Of a stretch of DNA of 64,000 bases, positions 38,039-52,400 are shown piece after piece (the stretch's first letter is position 1; each line of letters starts with the position of its first letter). This DNA comes from Lingula anatina (Eukaryota; Animalia; Brachiopoda), in contig CM120640.1 of assembly GCA_051362555.1 (NCBI GenBank), positions 65,946,788-66,010,787 of the forward strand, read 5' to 3'. The position numbers and the translations under genes were made by a program. The notes under the pieces were generated by a model, which ran no database searches, was not told where the DNA came from, and saw only the letters and a list, made by a program, of their open reading frames with translations.

Positions 38039-41000
38039 TGATTCCTTTCTCTGTCAATAGTCAAAACTTTTTGTTCACCAGATGTATAAGCGGATACTTT
38101 ACTAACTATCTATATGTGATGAAATCAACAAATAGATTTGCATATATATATATGGAATTTGAAGTCTAATAGTGGTGGCCTAATATATCAAGTACTTGTA
38201 CCAATATTTAGCAATATCAATATGTGTGCCAGTGTTCCAATTAATTTCAGTGCCAATAGAATAACAATGTAGATAGCTAGTGGCCAGCAAATGAGCCCCA
38301 TTATTAAGTAATCATCAAATAAATGTCCAGTATTGATTGTGCAATAAAACAATTATTGGCCATGGTCATCTTCATTAGGCATATGTTGACAAATGTCAGG
38401 GGCAGTTTCAAAGTTATTTCATTAACCTCTCCACTGGGAAGGAATGTTCTCAAAACACATTTCAGCATATTGATCAAATTGTAAAAAACTTCTAAGAGAG
38501 TTGGAGATAAACAAAATTCTTACATCATTTCGATTATTGAAAAGAAAGTGTTCATAGAACCTGCTCTCATTATAGAAGAAATGAATTAACATTTATAAAA
38601 CAGAATTTGAGGAGAAATAACTTTTTTGCAGTCACTTTATGATGAGTGGCTGGCCTCATGAATAAACTTTTCATTGATATAATACAAATCCTTTATGAAT
38701 GTAATGGCATAAAGTTCATGTGATGGTCGACTATCCTCCAGTCTAATGGCTTCAGAATGGGTCACAAGTCTAGACCACCCCCCAGGCCACTTCCTCTTCC
38801 TTGACTCAGTCAAAACTTAGTTTGTTTAAAAAACTGAGAGTGCATTCTGCTTTTTAGTTGACTCGGGCCAACACCAATGGGCGACTTGCTGTCTCCCTCT
38901 CACCTTACATACAGTTTACTTAAACTGAAGTCACAGGGTCATTTCCCAAAATATACCCTCAGGACAGTCAGTTTACAGATTATTAAAAGGTTTCAGAAAG
39001 ATGATTTTACTTACATTATAGCTTATCAAAGGTTGCTCCATTATTTCTGGTGATAGTTCGATACCATATCAATATTTTTAACAAGTTGGTCTGTGGCATC
39101 TTCGAACATATGTTATAAAATTTTGATGATGTTTGAAGCTATCTGGTATTACCTCATTTGTAACTGTTTATGAAAAATTAATGTTAACCAGGCCAAAAAC
39201 ACTTTCTTAATTATGTTTGAAATTCTCATAAGGGTGGGTGCCCTTTTCTTTTTGTACATATATACATAATAACCGTATTTAACATAATATGCATACATTA
39301 GTAGACAGGATACCACCATTTATTGTTGTAATTGTCTCACATAAAGAAATTTGTACGAAAGCCCTTGTCATGATATTTTACTTTCCACTTCTGAAATTGT
39401 AGTTTTATATAATTTACTTACAAAAATTTATCCATATGAAAGTATGTACATATAATAATTTCATTTGCAGATAAGGCTTAATTTTAGCAATGTCATAACC
39501 TGGAGAGAGATACATTTCACATCGGCTTAGTAATTTTTTTAAAGTTTATGTGGTCTTTTCTTGGGGCTTGAGCCATGAGGACTTCTGTCATGTAGCCCAG
39601 CTATGAACTGTCACTGACCTAGCAATGTCAACGGTTTTCAACCCTCAAGAGATGTCCAGAAGTGCAAAGCAAGGTGACAGATAAAAGGAATAGGCAAGAT
39701 TTGCATGTATGATTTTATGTACTTCTACGAAATGTTAACAGTTTCTTGCCTGTTTTTTATGCGTTTTAATCAAGGTAGAAATCCTGTTCATCTCAAATGA
39801 TTTTTTTAATTGCTGTTTTTGATGCACAACTTTGAACTGTAATGCTTGCATCTATATCACAGCAAAATTCTTTGACAGATTATAATCATCCATTAAGGAT
39901 TAGTGTTGTACTTACATTATCTAGGTGATTGATAGGCCAAGTAATAGCAATATCCCAGGAACCATCAGGTGTAGGCTGCTGTCAGTATGACAGAGGGGAT
40001 ATAGTCACTGTGTCCCTCCTCCCCAGCTTGTCTGGCACACAAACACACTCACTCACACACCAAGGCCAGTCTGTTGTGCAGCAGATCACCCTGACAAGTG
40101 TACTCTGCTAATTGTATCAGTCACACCCTGACCTCTGCTCCATGTAGTAGAATTTGGTAAACTCGATAATGATTAAATGGCATTAATTTAATTTGTAGTC
40201 CCCCTGGCTACTCCGTCAGCTTTGTGTGGTGGTCGTTTGGGGTGAATTTTAATGATTTATCAAACAGCCAGACCCTTCTGTTCTCCATACAGATGAGGTT
40301 GGAGTTTTAAGCAGGTGTGTTGGCTCAGCATGGATGGAGTGCTGTTGATTTGACCATTTTCTATAAAAAGAACAATGTTGATCTTTTTCAGCTGTGTTTA
40401 ATCAAAAAATAAAAAATAGAATATTAGAAGCTTCTTTTTTTTTTAAATCTGGATACCAAAATTTGAATTTGACTAAGAAATAAGTTTGCAGTACCCATTA
40501 AGTCAAAAATGTCCTTTTCTCAACTATGCAATGAAAAAAAAATGTATATATGTAAAATAATGACAATATATTGAAATAACATATACACCAAAAAGAAAAG
40601 TATCTCATAAAGAATGTCAGTGGTCTGACATAATATTACAAAACCGGAAAATCCAAACTGTGCAACATCTTTATTACTGTGGTAATACACCATCAATAAC
40701 TAGCGACAAAATCAGTATACGCATCTGTGAAAAATTTATATTTCATCAAAAGTTTTAGACATATATATTTTCAAAACAATGAAATGTTTAAAATGCTGCA
40801 ATTGTACAGATGTGTTTCTCCAAATGCCAAGGTTAAACAGTAGGTGCAAGATTTGCAGGCTACCCTCGATTGCCCAACTCAGGAAGAGAAGAGAACAACA
40901 TTTAATTGCAAACTAATCAAGGTTGTTCACTGCGGGCCAGGTTAATTATTTGACAATGACCATTTCTCCTTAGGGTAAAATGAGACTGCAAATTTGATGT

Positions 41001-44000
41001 TCCACCTGGCGGGTATGTGGAGGGACGGCATTAAAATTCAGCTGGAGTAAGAACAGTTGGTTAGCAAAAAGCAAGCTATCAGCACAGCAGTTCAGGGCAT
41101 GGTTTGTAGTCTACTGCCACCTGGACTCTGTATTTCTAATAGTTTATAACTTGGATTTGTAGCACTTCACAGATTTTATTATTTTATCAAGAGCTGAACA
41201 AGACTTGCCAAAATTACTGGCCAAATTGGGATGGAGTTGTTTATAGCCTGCTAAGTGCATTTTATATTAGTTCCTAAGTCACACTGGAATATGTTTTTAG
41301 AGATCTTTTCTCTGCTGGCTTTAAGCGATAATTTCTCTGTCAAAACCACCAAGTTAGCTGAACATGAAATGAAAATCAAAAAGCGTTGCACATCAAGTTA
41401 CTAATGATGATGTCTTGCTGCATCCTTTTGACAAATTAGCTTCATTTTAGGCAGCAATGGCACATATAAACTGCTGATCTAAGCAACATCTTCTGCTGTG
41501 AATTGACAATCAATGCAAAACTTTTATTTTTTTTTTCAATGCAATTATTGTAATATTTCTTACTGCGTGGTTTTCACGTATGACTTCACTGGCAGAAAGA
41601 TGTGCACCTGTTGTCACCTTGTTTGCTTGTTGACAAGTTTGATGGGATTTTTATTTATTAAAATGTCAAGTGTCCATTTTGACATTGATATCTATTCAAT
41701 TTTCATATAGTTATTTAAATAAGGGTATTTCCTGAGTACAACTAAACTGATGCTAGATACCACCTAACATCCCAGAGATATGTACCTTATTTTTCTTTTC
41801 TTTTAGTGTAATTTAAGAAACAATACTTACAAAATTGGTTGTAAATGTATCACTGACAAATAATTTCAGTGATGAAAACATGTAAATGTTTTTCTTCATT
41901 TTGTGTGAGAGCTCTTTATACTTAATGGGAGCTATAAAAAGAGAGAGTTGTGTTTTTTTCTTCTTGATACCACCTCATCCTATCTAAGTATTCTGACTTT
42001 TTCCTAAACTAATGAAAGAATACTTAGTTTTGTCTTACTTGTCCATTATACTGACTAATGATCTGCTTCTGTTTTAATCCCAGACTTTCACACAGGAATT
42101 AACACAAGTCACCACATAAATAAAAATGAACTTCACCAACCAAATGATTATCTGTGAAATCGGAAGAGGATAGGAAAGCCAGATCATTTATGTCTCATCA
42201 ATAAAATATCTGTATTTCTCTTTCCTGTAACGGTTTTAATCTATTTCTTGTTCATAGGTCAGAAGAGTTCAGCACATTGCTGTAATTACAGGAGGCGTTT
42301 GCTTGCTCATCAGAACTTGTTCGTCATAATGTTTTTATTGAAATAAAGAAGACACATTTCAATTCTGTTGAAAAACATATTTGATTTTAAGTGTTAAACA
42401 TGTGGAGATGTATAAAGTGTAATTGATAACTCCTCACAGATTGACTGCTCAAATCTGTCTTGATTTAGCCGATCATGAAAATTAATATGATATACAGAAT
42501 ACCAGGAAGTATCAAAATGCTCTTTTGGTTTGTGCTGGAAACTGCATGCATCTGCCTTTGAAAAATGTGGAATAAATGTCATCTTGATGGGGAGGCTTTC
42601 CTGATGCCTGCTCTCTGATAATGAAAAAAAACCAATTTGTTATTAATTATCATCTTGTTCTAAAATGTGTATGTTTGTTCAGTAACATTATTAAAACTAA
42701 AACCCATCTGAATTGATTGTTTAACACAAAGCAGTAGTTGGAACCAAGAAAGTTGGTTGTGCCCCCCCCCCCCCCCCATCTTCCATTTCTCGGCGCTTGC
42801 AATCCCCAATATATTTTTTCATTATGCACATTATCTATTTTATGTGTAATCATAAACTTGTGAACAGTAGAACTCAACAAGTTAAGTTTGTTTGCTAAAA
42901 CTGTTGTAACTGATGTACAGCCTCTTTTTTAGTCATTGGACAGTTTTCTTTCTTTTATTGATAGCAAAAAATCAGGTGAGATGGACGTCTCTTTTAACCT
43001 AATACCAGAAACTAAAGTTAAAATCCCTGGACTCCTGAATATTTTATTTGCAACCAGCCTGGGTAAAGGGAGAAGCATACAAACAAGGTCTGTGTTCTTA
43101 AAGGGAAGAGTCTAATACAACAGTTGGTTTAGATAGCTTTCCTACCTGAGTTATGTAATATCTGTTCTATCTTGGTAAATATGGCAGACCACTAGTTTGT
43201 AGTGGAGTTGAGCAGATTACTTGGATAAACCCCCTGGGCTGTGTTTCCACCCAGTGATGAGGCTTTCTGTCCCCTAATCACACATGAGCCCACAGCGTAC
43301 ATGTATTTCCAGACTACTGGCAATGCAGACTGACGCAGAAGAATAGAAAAGGTGTGGGTTTTAACTTAAATTGAGGACACAGGCAAGGTGCAAAGTATTG
43401 AATTAAACTAGGATGGAGTCTGAATGTTGATAAGACTTTTTTCCTGCTGTGGCTGTTTCTCACCTTGCTTGTCAGAACCTGTTCTCAGCGAGGCTGCTTA
43501 ACACTGGGAACAGTCTCAGTGACATCATCAGGTGGCCATATTACAAAGAGATCATGGTGTGGTAGAACTTGTTTCAAGCAATCTTTGTAGGCAAGTGGCA
43601 CCAGACCACCTCTGGTTTAAGTTAGACTAGTTGTGAACAAGACAGCAGTTTTTTCAGTCATGTTTTTCGCTTGCTGATACGCTGTTATATATGGTGGGAA
43701 GGAGAAAGTTTTAAGCATCCTGGTTCTGTGAATAAAACAAGTTAATGATGAAGTACTTAGGTCACTGTCCATAAATCTTAATCAGTTTGGGTTTTTTTCC
43801 TTTTAATATAATGTAAAGGATGTGCATTGAAATCAGCACAAATGTTAAGTTTGCTCCCTCCCCCTCCCTGAATCCAGTTTCTGTATATCATACCTATTAC
43901 AGCTTAGTTTGATTATTGACATTTAATTCATTATCCATAATGAGAAATAAAGCCTTTATGATCTATCGTCCCTATAGCAGCTTCAGTATGTTGGAAAAAT

Positions 44001-47000
44001 ATGGAAATGACTCATTTGGTTAGAACTAGTAATTATATAGCAAATTTTGTTTAGCACCAGACTTTGATGCTAAAGTAGCTTAATTTGCTCCCTGTATTCA
44101 GCCAAGTTGCTGTGAGTTGGATAGTCCCCTTGGGCAAGTTGTAAGCGGCATTCCAAGTGGCAAAATGGCCTATCCCTTTTGTTAACTACTGGCTAGATCA
44201 AGCCATTCTGTTTTCCTAGAACAACCCTTAACACTACTGAATTGTAATTTATATCCTCCTAGGAGCTATGAGCCCTGACATTTCATTTTTTAATGATTCT
44301 GCTTCAAAGAATGCACTCTTGGTTTCACTGACAAATGATTGTCTTATTAAAGGTATACATATTCTCTGCAGTCACCTCAAGGCTTCTAAATCTCTTTTAC
44401 ACTCTTGGTTTATGTGGCTTTCCTGTTAATTCTAATATTGGAATGAAGCCGTTTTTGTTAAACAATTTATAGTTTGGTATAAATTCTTGGACTTAACTGT
44501 GTGTTTGTCCTATTTTCATTTGTTTGCTTTGTGATAAGATACATATGACATATAATGCTATTATCTGACTGGATTAATTATTTAAGGATCATTAAAAATT
44601 CCCTTGCATTTATTTATAATGAAGAAAAGACCAGTTGTTTCAGTTTGAAAATCACCCAAAAATGGTTATAAGATGTGTGTTTAGTGAAAAATCTGTTTCA
44701 CAGGTAACAGGTCTAATTAAAAGTATTTGCCACGGGTAGCAGCTAAGCATAAAACGGCAATAATATTTTCTTCTAAGTAACTTCCACATGAAAAAAGTGT
44801 AAAGATGTTGCAACGAATCTGGCATATTTAAGTTTAATATGACCATCCGCCAAAGCACCTGTGAAAAATATTTAAAGTCAACAGATTCAGGTAGAAAGGG
44901 GGTATGAAACCGGTAGATTATCTCACCTGTAAAAACTCAGCCCAGGTAGTAACAGCTTTTAGTGCCTGAATACCACAGGGAGAAATTCTGAATATAAATT
45001 TAGAAGAAAGATAATGCTGGAATGTCTGAAAGATACACTGCGTAACAGCAGGAAATATTGACATCCAACTGTTGCACTTGTTGCTAAGATGATATCTTGC
45101 AAAACTTTAGATGAGTAAGTTATAAGTAAAGCCCCTCCAGAAACAGTTTCAGTTGGTGTCTTATGTAATAAGATACGTAAACAGTTTAATTTTTAGAATG
45201 ATTATTTTCTGTAAGTGTCTCTATAGATTAACTCTAGGAAAATGTAGATTAACTGTGCAATTGATAATTATAGGTAACAATCTGCTGGGTATTCATCCCC
45301 ACCTTCTGTAATTACCACATAATCTTACCTTGGCAGAGGGACTGTGGAAATCTTCTTTCTCCCCGAGTAGCTTCCCTGCAGCCGACACCCTGGTAGATTC
45401 TGCAAAGGTGGTTTTCGCACTTAAGTTTATAACACATAAGAGTTGGTAGTCTTTGAAAAGGTTGAAATTTAATTTTCTCATTTAGCATTTAGTGGTGTCT
45501 TAGACTAGTGAAAGGTTAAGCTGGGGAAATTTCTGGCCAGGAATTTGCAAAAAATGCCACCTGAATTTAGCATTCTTGAAAGAGCAAGATGATTTTACCT
45601 ATTTACGAAATTCATGTTTGGCAGCAGTGTAAATGATCCACTCGATACTTCGCAAGGTTGAATTTTAGAAGAACCTGTTAGCAGTATTTAATATTGATGG
45701 ACTAGGTAGTTGTTTACAGAGGTCTGCAAAATGTTTTTGAATGCTAAAATTCTTTCACATTGTCATAAATCCAAAAGATATAAATATAAAGAATTGTTAT
45801 GGTAAACTAACCCTTTTTTTTTTATATTCAATATGTTTAAAGTTGATTTTAAGTTAAAAATGTAAAAAGAAAATTATAATGAATATTCAGTATTAACCTG
45901 TATTTTTTGTGAAAAAGTATTCAATAAATGAATGTGATATTTCATTTTTAGCATAAAATGATAAATTAAAAAACTGTGCATTTTTTTTTTTTTTTTTTTG
46001 TGCAAAATATTGAAATACATTCATTTTTGATAGGTAGACCTCAACTTTGCACGAGTTTTCTACCCACCCAGTAGTCTCAAAATTTACCTGTAATTTATGT
46101 GTAAGATTGAAGGCAGACAGCCAGGTAAAAGATTCCCAGCCAGCTGGTAAACAAGTGGTAATCAGAACAAATTAAATCACTAATTATAACTAGATGATGA
46201 GTGTTTTTGCACCAAGGGCTTCTGCTTGGTCAACTTTTTTTCCCAAGTGGACACAGGGTATTTTGGTCAAGTTTAGAGTTTATAATACCAAATGGGATGT
46301 TTTTGCAATGGACTATCACAACTGCTGTTATATGTATCTCAACTTCTTAACCCTGTTTATTAAGTTGCTATATTCTAGAAACAGTCCATGTTAAGTAGGG
46401 GCACATGTCACTTATTGCTTAGAGTATGTGGTGGGCCTCATATTTTTAACCTTTTTATTTAAAGTTCTCAGAGTAATTAACAGAAATGTGCAACACATTT
46501 TCTTACATGTTTATTCTTTATTGAATAGAATTGCCCAGAGCTGGCAAGCATGTTTCACGATGATGATGGAGGGTGTTTTTTTTTTTTTTTTCAGAATCGA
46601 AGGAATAAAATTGGATTCCCATAAAACATATATTCTGCATTCATTGCCTATTATTTACATTCTGTTAGTAATGAATGTAATTTCTGTTTAATACACCTAT
46701 TAGCAGGTCCAGTGTCCCATAAGGCCAATGGTCAGCTGTATGCCCAGTGGTCACCTGTATAGCAAGAGAATCAAATTCCACTGATACAAAATATTTCTTT
46801 GAGGTAAGAAAGGGAAGGATAAAGTATAGGATAAATTATGATAATAATTAAGAATAAAAAAGAATATCCTAAACAAGCTGAAGTTGTGGTGACTGGTTTT
46901 GCTTTGATGACTGAAAGATAAAGATGCGGATGTTGTTTTGTTTGAAGCACCCTACAGCAATTGTTTGAGTCAATCCCACAAGATAACATAATTTTCAGAG

Positions 47001-47214
47001 TTTACACTTGGTAAAAGTTTAGTTTAAATTCCTAAGATTGTCAAAGTTAAGTTAGAATTGTGCAATTCTTTTAAAATTTGTCATTTGTTATGATAGTGCT
47101 TTAAATATTTTAAATTTTACTAATTTAGTGAAATGAAGTAGAGTTGCGATGGATCCATATCAAACTTGGGTGTTTTTTTTTTTTTTTTAACAGGATTAGG
47201 TTCTAAGGTGAAGC

Positions 47215-47349
47215 ATGAGCAGCACAAAGATGCTTGCTGACTCCACTCAGTCAGAATTGGCAGCAGACAAGAGCAAGAAGAGGAGAAAAGCGACACCTGG
47301 TGGCAAAAAGGAAAAAAAGAAACTGAAGAAAACCTCTGGCAAAAAGAAG
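47215..47349 (+). CDS. CAAP1: CAAP1 homologue, coding exon 1 (exon starts 47194)
   Basis: Strong acceptor (T)n-aacag| at 47192-47193 and an in-frame TAG before the ATG. Encodes MSSTKMLADSTQSELAADKSKKRRKATPGGKKEKKKLKKTSGKKK (basic, NLS-like). Donor AAG|gttagc, phase 0. Confidence 0.8.
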
Positions 47350-48951
47350 GTTAGCTAATGATGTTATGGAATACTTTCCCTAATTTCTGTCAAAATTATT
47401 TATATAAATAAATTTATAAATTGTGAATAAATATAAGGCTGATGTGTTGCATAGGAGCTGAACTCGTTTTACTGATATCTTTCCTATGAAAAATATGTTT
47501 TTACATACCTAATCCAGTATGAAATGTTTTGTCTTTTTAAAGTAAAAGAGCCAGCAAGTTCAACTGTTGGTCACAGGTCTTTGGGTGTCTTCTTTGTGTC
47601 ATGCACTAAAAGCACACTTGACAGTTTTCTAATTTGAGTTCATCTTTAACACACGCTGAATTAGCACTTAACACAAAATGTCCACTCCATTCCATCAAAA
47701 ATCAATGAAATTTAACCATACGGCCATTTAGTTGTAGGATTTCCACAATTTCTTGTTGGGGTTCCTTGGAGATTGATATAGATTTTTAAAAATGGTCCAT
47801 CAATTTTATTAGAAATCTGGAATAAGAAATTTTTATGCAACATTTCGACAACTTGAATAATTTTCGGGTGGAAAGTGAGGTGAAAAGTGATAGTACAGTT
47901 GCTGTCTTTTTTCAGAACCAGTTTCTTTGTTGTTGCCATGGCTATATTAGAGATGAAATCACTCAGACAGAGCACTGTTGTTGGAAGCATGTTTAAAATA
48001 GCATTTGTTCCAGCCCTAAATATCTGTTACTTTGTCAATATCATAGTTTACGATTATGCACAGCAAGTCCTGGAAAATATTCCTATCTTTTAGAGATAAC
48101 TTTAGAACATTTGAACACACTTTGACCTTCTTGTGAAGTGCATGAGGTACAACCATTGCACGCAAGGTCAGTTTTGATATTCAATGCAAGCATTTGAAAT
48201 TTCTATGAATTTATCATTTTTTTTGTCGTTTTTTTGCTCTGAAGATAATATAAGTTATATCTTTTTTCAAATTTCACCATTGTTTAAAAATATGATTTCA
48301 TGTAAGATGTAGACAACTAAATGGATTTGGCCAACTAATAGCATGCTAAAGGATGTAAAATATTTCCTTTAACTAAGATCTCCTTTTTCATGTGAAATAT
48401 ATGACAGTGGTTAAAAGGTTGACATGGAGAGTTTAGCATCCGTTTCTATGTAACCTTATGCCTAATACTTTTCAAGAAAAAGATAAACACTAAGGTATCA
48501 ACCCTATTAACATTTGATTTAAAAAAAAAACTTAGAAAGGTTGATAATTGATCTGGAACATTTTGCCTTTCAAAAGAACAAGACCTGCATTAGAAACACT
48601 GTAAGGCCTAATTATTATTGAACTGGTCATACAAAGTTTTTATAGAATGAACCTTTGTTGACCTTTCGACTTCTTTGATAGTCAGATTTTATTATCAGTT
48701 TTGCATAGGATGGATATTTACAACTCAGCATTTCTTTTTTTTTATATATATTCATGATTTATTTAATATGATTACTGTTAAAATATGAAATTACCAATTA
48801 ATGTAGTTAAAATGTGGCAAAACATACCTCATTTTTCTGTTTTTTATTTAATGTATATATGGGCACAGAGAACATATATTCAAGATACTACTTTATAAAA
48901 CATTTGTATGTGAGAAATGTCCTTCAAATAAGGCATATCTGTTTTTGAAAG

Positions 48952-49122
48952 GAAAAGAAGAAGACAAAAGGGACCGAAAGTGACCCAGATTCGGACCTTG
49001 ACCTTGATAAAGTTGTCCAACCCATTGGCTTCTATATCAAGGACAGAGAAGAAATGGTGAACCAGATGTTCAGATCTGTTCAAGGAGAAAAGTTGAGAAG
49101 TATGATACCAGATATCTTAAAG
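48952..49122 (+). CDS. CAAP1: CAAP1 homologue, coding exon 2
   Basis: EKKKTKGTESDPDSDLDLDKVVQPIGFYIKDREEMVNQMFRSVQGEKLRSMIPDILK resembles the CAAP1 domain start (recalled as KPVSFYISDKKEML...MLPDVLK). Donor AAG|gtataa. The 5' boundary is slightly uncertain because of nearby AGs. Confidence 0.9.
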
Positions 49123-49192
49123 GTATAATGATATCTTAAGGTGGAATCATAATTGCAGGGTTTTATGTGCAAATGCCTCATGTATAAAATCT

Positions 49193-49206
49193 CCTCTCTC
49201 TTTCAA

Positions 49207-49250
<44 letters not shown>

Positions 49251-49329
49251 CATTCATTACCTGTAACCAGAATCTCAGTGGTTATGTATGGTATTTCTTT
49301 CTCTTTCTCTCTCTCTCTCTCAAACACAT

Positions 49330-49362
<33 letters not shown>

Positions 49363-49426
49363 TGCACACTCAGTCAATACCTGTAACATGACCAGAATTT
49401 GTCAGTGGTTATGTATGGTATTTCTT
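49193..49426. repeat. Duplicated module (CT)n-(CA)n-tacctgtaac...cagtggttatgtatggtatttctt, two copies
   Basis: Two (CA)n arrays (49208-49246 and ~49331-49359), each followed by the same ~50-bp tail. Confidence 0.88.
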
Positions 49427-52400
49427 GTATGAGCTTCTCCACACCTGATGCAACCGTGCTCTGCACCCCCCCCCCCCTCCACCTTCAGCGGCACTAATAG
49501 AATGAGATAAGTATTAAAAGATCCCCTGTAAATTGAGTGTGCCAGGTGGTTTGATGTTCATTTAATGTCCTTTTGCCAATGAATTTGCCTGGTTCAAATT
49601 CGTTGCAAAAAAAAATCCATTTCTTGATGAGTGTCTTCGAGTAAAGAAATGATTATCCTTTAAACTTAAAACCAGACAAAGTCTCAAGTGTTATGATGGA
49701 GGGGAAAGTATTATATAACAAATGTAATTATATGTTGGCTAATGAGAGATCACAAATACCACTCACAGTGAGATATTGTCAGGTTTCCTGTCTAAATTAT
49801 CTCAGGTAATCTGACAGATATATCATATCATAATTATACCTTGTTAATGAATTAATGAACTATAAAATCGTCATATATTGAATGTGAAATCTTAAATTAC
49901 CTTTTTTCCAAATATTTAAAACATTTCTTAGCAGTTTAAATGTATAAATGCATTGTATCTGAAAGATTTTTATCCCTTGCCTATGTAAGCATTTTGTTTA
50001 ATTATGCATAAAAAAAACATGCTTAATACATTTAATAGACAGACAGACAGACAGACAGGCAGACAAGTGTTATACTCACATTGACCTGTTTCAGAACACG
50101 GTGTGAAGCTAATGAGTGCTGTCTCAACCTGAAGTATTCACTAAAGAGGCGTTTTTCTATGTGGCATTCTAATATATATTAGTTTCAGACACGATACATC
50201 AGAGCTATAACCATTACAAATTCACATTATGGAAAAATCAATTTTTAGTGCCTTTAGATTTTCCCTGACACAGCTGATTTCATTAAATTGGGGATTAGTG
50301 CCTCCAAAAATTCATTCACCACTGCAATTATTATCTCTAATACAATTTCTACTTCCATTTGTGAAAGTCGCATTGTTTTGCCAGGTCACTTTCAAAATGC
50401 ATACAGCAAATTATATGAAAATAGAAGATAAATGTGTGTTTGAAGGTCAAAATGAGTATCGGAACATTTGCTGAGTTTCACAGCAAGTTGTGACTGTGGT
50501 TCTTCTTGTTTTGATTGGGTTGAAACGGTCCAGGTGTTAATACAGTTTTTCAACTGTACCAAATTATGCTCTATACTTTTCATTTCATTACTTATTAAAA
50601 TTAATTTGAAGAGCAAAATTGGAATGTTGAGAATTTTTTGAAAAAGCCTATATTGAAAAGAGATGCTGTTTGTAGTCTATTTCTATACATACAAGTAGAT
50701 TTTGTTGTGTATGCTAATAGTTAAAACAATGATATTTGGATAATGTCATGCTGATTTCAGCAAAATTATCTGATTAAGCCATGAATCATGTAATAAGTGT
50801 AAAAAATATTTTAGAGTGGTTATAAAAAATTAACCAATTGAATATCCAACATATGATCAAAGATTGGTCATCAAAAATGGCAAATTTTTGGGTGCTCCGT
50901 CTTTAACTAACGTATCATTATATATGCCAAGTAAAGGGCACAATAACCAAATATTTTCTTTTTGACCTATTATCCCTGACAACACAATGCACATGGTTAT
51001 TAGACAGTCATATATGTCTTTGTATATTAAACATTAAGTTCTGCATTTTACTAAATGGCACAGTGATTGATATCTTGGTCAGGCTTACATGTGATTTGGA
51101 TTATTTTGGCAGCATATTGTTTGAATGGAACTTTGTAATTTAGATATTGAAATGTCTCTGAAATCACAGGGGTGGGAATTCTGGTTTGAATTAATTGTTG
51201 GATAAGATCTTTTGTTATGTATGTGAAGGATGTGAATTGTTTTGTGGTTGGGAGCCAAGGTCAAAGGGGTCTTTGAATTGTAATTCTAAAATGAACACTT
51301 CATTTTTGTTCTCAAATCTAGACATTGCCTTATTCATCGTGAGGACACAGCATACGTGAGTCAAGGTGTATTGAAATGGGAAGAGGAGGGTGTGTATTTT
51401 TATGGCACATCACTTCAGTAAATAATTGGAACATTAAAAAAAGATTAAAAGTTTTACATCGCACATGGTTTTGTTCTGCCCTAAGGGTTTGGATTTGCCT
51501 GAAGGTAGGCCTGTTGATGTGCTGCGGGATCCGTGATCTGCCTCAAAATATTGTGCAAAACTTCGGTTGTACTTGCTCCAGGTGGTTGTACAGCCTACAG
51601 GTATAGGGCTTGGAAATATGCGTTTGTTTTAACTGTTTGGATGCACTGTGATATCATACCTAAAAATTTAACTCTCACTGTTTTCCTCCATGCCTTTTAT
51701 TTTATTATCATAACTGACATTTTGAAATGATGATAGTTAACATAATTTTCAACAGTATCAACATCTTCAAGACTGTAAAGTAATGGGCTCGGGAGCAATG
51801 ATGTTTTCATATAAGGTTAGGTTGTGGTCGCCATAATGTTGAGTTGAAGCAGACGTTTCCCAGGTGTCAGGCAGTTGGTCATCAGTCTGAGGATGACCAT
51901 GGACTATGACTGATGTTTGGTAATATTGTTTAAAGATTACATTTCTTGTCTTGAGAAAGTTTCTTGTTGTATAAGTATAAAACATTAAGTGAATTATGTA
52001 AAAAAAAAATCCAATCTAAGCATTTTTTATTGGTAGTGTTTTTAAATGTAATATTCAAGGGTCTTGTTTAAAAGGCAAATTTAAAACTCTTCTTTGAACT
52101 TGCTTTCCCAGTCATAAATGCAGGATTTCCTCTATGATGTGAGTTTATGTGCCTATTTCCTAAAAGTATGATGTTCTTTAATTTAAGTCAGCAATTCACT
52201 TGTCTATATTCCATGTCTCTAATAGAATTTGTGGGCTTGCCAACTGTTTACTTTGATTAATTGCCATTGGTTTAAGCCAGCTGTAAATTTATTAGTCTGA
52301 AAATTTTGCCCATCTAATCTGACCAGTCATTTGTTATTTCATTAAATGAGAAGTGCAGCAATTGGCTTATTAGAATAGAAATTCATTAGTGAAAATGATT

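Noticed and set aside
50880-50910. Kolobok-like end (...ccgtctttaa)
   Set aside because: No matching opposite terminus found.
51767-51985. 72-aa - strand ORF in a CAAP1 intron
   Set aside because: No recognisable homology, no convincing splice sites and no partner exons.
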